Assembly: GCA_963727895.1 (NCBI GenBank)
Contig: CAVSHT010000001.1
Location: 1-18,437, forward strand
From: an uncultured Methanosarcinaceae archaeon
GTDB taxonomy: Archaea; Halobacteriota; Methanosarcinia; Methanosarcinales; Methanosarcinaceae
Length of the DNA stretch: 18,437 nucleotides
Reading direction: 5' to 3'
Shown: positions 16,378 through 18,437 of the stretch, piece by piece
How positions within the stretch are numbered: the stretch's first letter is position 1
Layout: the number at the start of each line of letters is the position of its first letter
The notes under the pieces: generated by a model
What the model saw: the letters and a program-made list of their open reading frames with translations, nothing else
What the model was told of the DNA's origin: nothing
Database searches by the model: none
Program-made: the position numbers and the translations under genes

Positions 16378-16758
16378 TTAGTTCTTTGCATCTTCTACTT
16401 CTTGCAATACTGACATGTATTCCTGAAAAACAGATGGGAGATCTATAATAGCCAGTATGTCAACGATCCCAAGAGCTGCAATGATTTTTCCATCTTTTGA
16501 GTTAATGGGAGCAACAACAACGTGTTTACCCTTATATACACCTTCTGTTGGAACCTCATGGGTAACTTTATTTGTTTTCAGTACTTCTTCAAGCACGGGT
16601 CCTGTGTAATCCCTATCAAGGATTTGACCTTTTTCCAGACGAAGTCCTTTTCGCTTGAGACTGCGAATAGTAGTAGGAAGTCCAATAACAGAGTGTACTG
16701 CGACTGCTATTGCTTCAAGGTCTTCGGGTCCTGAATCTTCAGAGATATTTAGATACAT
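16378..16758 (-). CDS. DUF2111 family protein
   Basis: LEAIAVAVH...LPTTIRS...DYTGPVLEEVL...GVYKG..VVVAPI...IAALGIVD motifs; ATG 16758 after GGGGTGA. Confidence 0.75.
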   Translation of the reverse strand: MYLNISEDSGPEDLEAIAVAVHSVIGLPTTIRSLKRKGLRLEKGQILDRDYTGPVLEEVLKTNKVTHEVPTEGVYKGKHVVVAPINSKDGKIIAALGIVDILAIIDLPSVFQEYMSVLQEVEDAKN

Positions 16759-16881
16759 AATTATTTTCACCCCCATTGATTATGGAGACCGAGCAGAAAA
16801 TAAGTAAAGCTTTACATAAATGAAAAGTTTGGTCCTACTTTTTGGCCATGTTTAAAATATCTTTTTTCAATGAATATATAG

Positions 16882-17544
16882 TCACTTCTTATTTTCAAGG
16901 GATTTTATAAATGCCTGCTTGTGCAGTTCCCCTGATTCATGGATGCCTCCGAGGTCGCCGCGTGTCGCACGGCATGGATAATGCTGTATCAACAGTCCGG
17001 CTTTTGGAGGTGCATCTTTTATATCTGTTCCAATTATTTCTTTTGCCATATACCAGGTACTCCCACATGGAGCACCTTTTATTACTTTAACATCAGCAAT
17101 TTTTCCGTTTTCTGTTTTTACCTCTAATATAGGGGATCCAAAGATTTCTGCAAACGGCTTGTTAAAAGCGTTGGATTCAAGACTGCAGCAGATTTCATCT
17201 ACCTCTATATCTATGCCCGAAATTTTGGAGATATTTTTGAGTTCGGGAATTGAAGCTCTGGATGTCCCGCCAGGAACTATAAGTGAGCGCACACCAGCTT
17301 CTGCCGCAAGCTTTGCAATTGCAGATGTCAGGTCTGGATGCAAAGAATAAGTGATCACAATTTCGGCAGAAAAAACACTTCTATCAAAATTAAGAGATTC
17401 CAGAAATTCATCTGGCTCCTCTATAAATACAGGCACGAACTCAGGTAGATCAGCAGTTACGACTGAATTATTACTGTGTTCTTTTACAGTCTCAATCAAA
17501 CGGTGACCGTATTTGCCTCGTGTAATAACTCCTATTACAGTCAT
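16882..17544 (-). CDS. DUF166 family protein
   Basis: GKYGHR, YSLHPDL, EICCSL, GAPCGSTWYMA, HYPCRA, IHESGELH motifs. Confidence 0.8.
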   Translation of the reverse strand: MTVIGVITRGKYGHRLIETVKEHSNNSVVTADLPEFVPVFIEEPDEFLESLNFDRSVFSAEIVITYSLHPDLTSAIAKLAAEAGVRSLIVPGGTSRASIPELKNISKISGIDIEVDEICCSLESNAFNKPFAEIFGSPILEVKTENGKIADVKVIKGAPCGSTWYMAKEIIGTDIKDAPPKAGLLIQHYPCRATRGDLGGIHESGELHKQAFIKSLENKK

Positions 17545-17719
17545 TACTCTAAGTTATTTTTAATATTGCATAAATAGATGCTTATTTTATCTGGAGTTCA
17601 TAACCTTATTAATCAGCTACAAAGGGATTGTAGTTCTACCATGAACTCTAATCTCCTGTAGAATATAAATATAGATAGCGCATTTCACTAAAATCTCTAA
17701 AGAAAAAAAGACGATATTT

Positions 17720-17962
17720 ATGAGAGGTAAACTAATCACACTTGAAGGTATTGACGGTTCAGGCAAAAGTACAGTTGCAGAAAAGCTTCAGAATAATCCT
17801 GATATTAAAGCCTTTAAACCTGTTTTTACTAGGGAGCCAACAAGAGGTACTTTGACTGGAAATGCCGTTGAAAAAGCTATTCAGTCGGATACCGACCAAC
17901 TTGCCGAACTGTTCCTTTTTACAGCTGACCATGCCGAACATCTTTCAAAACTTGTAAAACCT
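17720..17962 (+). pseudogene. tmk: Thymidylate (dTMP) kinase, N-terminal 81 codons only
   Basis: LITLEGIDGSGKST P-loop, FTREPT, ELFLFTADHAEH. Similarity stops at KLVKP, before the expected DR(Y/F) motif; the ORF continues 18 unrelated codons to TGA 18019. Confidence 0.9.
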
Positions 17963-18011
17963 TCCGATTTGAAGCTCGCGGCCAACCTTCTGGAGGAGCA
18001 AAACGAAAGCC

Positions 18012-18437
18012 ATGACTGAGGAAGTCTTTACGAGCGACAGCTTTCAAATCTAGATAGTAAGCCTTCCACCATCATGGAAGAGCTTCTTGACCCCGAAGGT
18101 CACCGACATCATGGTAAACCCAGGAGGAACCTCTGGGTGAAGAAGTTCGGATTGCCAACTGCCTTCACCGGCGGGTCATCGAGCGAGGAGGCGATCCTAC
18201 CGGATCATCATGTCCACCGCCGCTCTGATCGAGAAGCGGGTCACTAAGGACCAATGGAACCTGACGGGGTGATCCCCAGAGTCCGAACGCCAGGATCGAG
18301 GCTTTCATCGAGCCCACGGTCACCTCCCCTACCTTCTGCCTTCGTAAGCCTCCACGCCTTTTCTCACCCTGTCACTTGAGGATTACGTGAAAGAGCACCT
18401 CTCGCCAGCTCACCGTCAGGCGATAAGCGATACGTTG
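18012..18437 (+). pseudogene. trbB: Multiply frameshifted N-terminal part of a TrbB/VirB11-type conjugative transfer ATPase (foreign, ~55% GC, runs off window end)
   Basis: Stitching + frames gives EELLDPE/VTDIMVNPGG/NLWVKKFG...YRIIMSTAALIEKRV...NARIEAFIEPTVTSPTFCLRKP...SLEDYVKEHLSPAHRQAI. This follows the P-type TrbB pattern DPxVxEIMxNPDGxLW...RIIxxVA...RFEGLLPPVVxxPTFAIRKP...TLDDYV. GGAGGAG precedes ATG 18012. Confidence 0.75.

Noticed and set aside
17963..18437. GC-rich tail as a group II intron, structural RNA or IS inserted in tmk
   Set aside because: No GUGYG start, domain V hairpin or terminal inverted repeat at the junction; the frameshifted TrbB-like coding signal explains it better.
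1..18437. CRISPR arrays, tRNA or rRNA genes
   Set aside because: No regularly spaced repeats, cloverleaf/T-loop motifs or rRNA signatures seen by eye.

Overview
Archaeal chromosomal segment, almost certainly from a Methanosarcina species (judged from gene content, GGAGG/AGGTGA ribosome-binding sites and AT-rich spacers). Left to right it holds: the right end of an IS1-family element; a small secreted Cys protein; a frameshifted class I SAM methyltransferase; a thermosome subunit; a PAC2 proteasome chaperone + DUF473 pair; a standalone pyruvate-kinase-C-domain protein; archaeosine tgtA; a UbiA prenyltransferase / geranylgeranyl-reductase-like flavoprotein / radical SAM operon; an AT-rich accessory islet (two overlapping ORFs sharing a 21-aa repeat, plus a probable MITE); serB + a coiled-coil gene; mtd; DUF2111; DUF166; and a truncated tmk. 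At ~17962 tmk breaks off into ~55% GC DNA that hides a heavily frameshifted bacterial-type TrbB/VirB11 conjugation ATPase, most likely a chimeric or unpolished contig end. Best leads: (1) the prenyltransferase/reductase/radical SAM operon as a candidate pathway for methanophenazine or another prenylated membrane compound; (2) the ORF pair sharing an amyloid-signalling-like motif; (3) a ~70-nt structured RNA or attenuator upstream of serB. All family calls come from motif recognition by eye; no searches were run.
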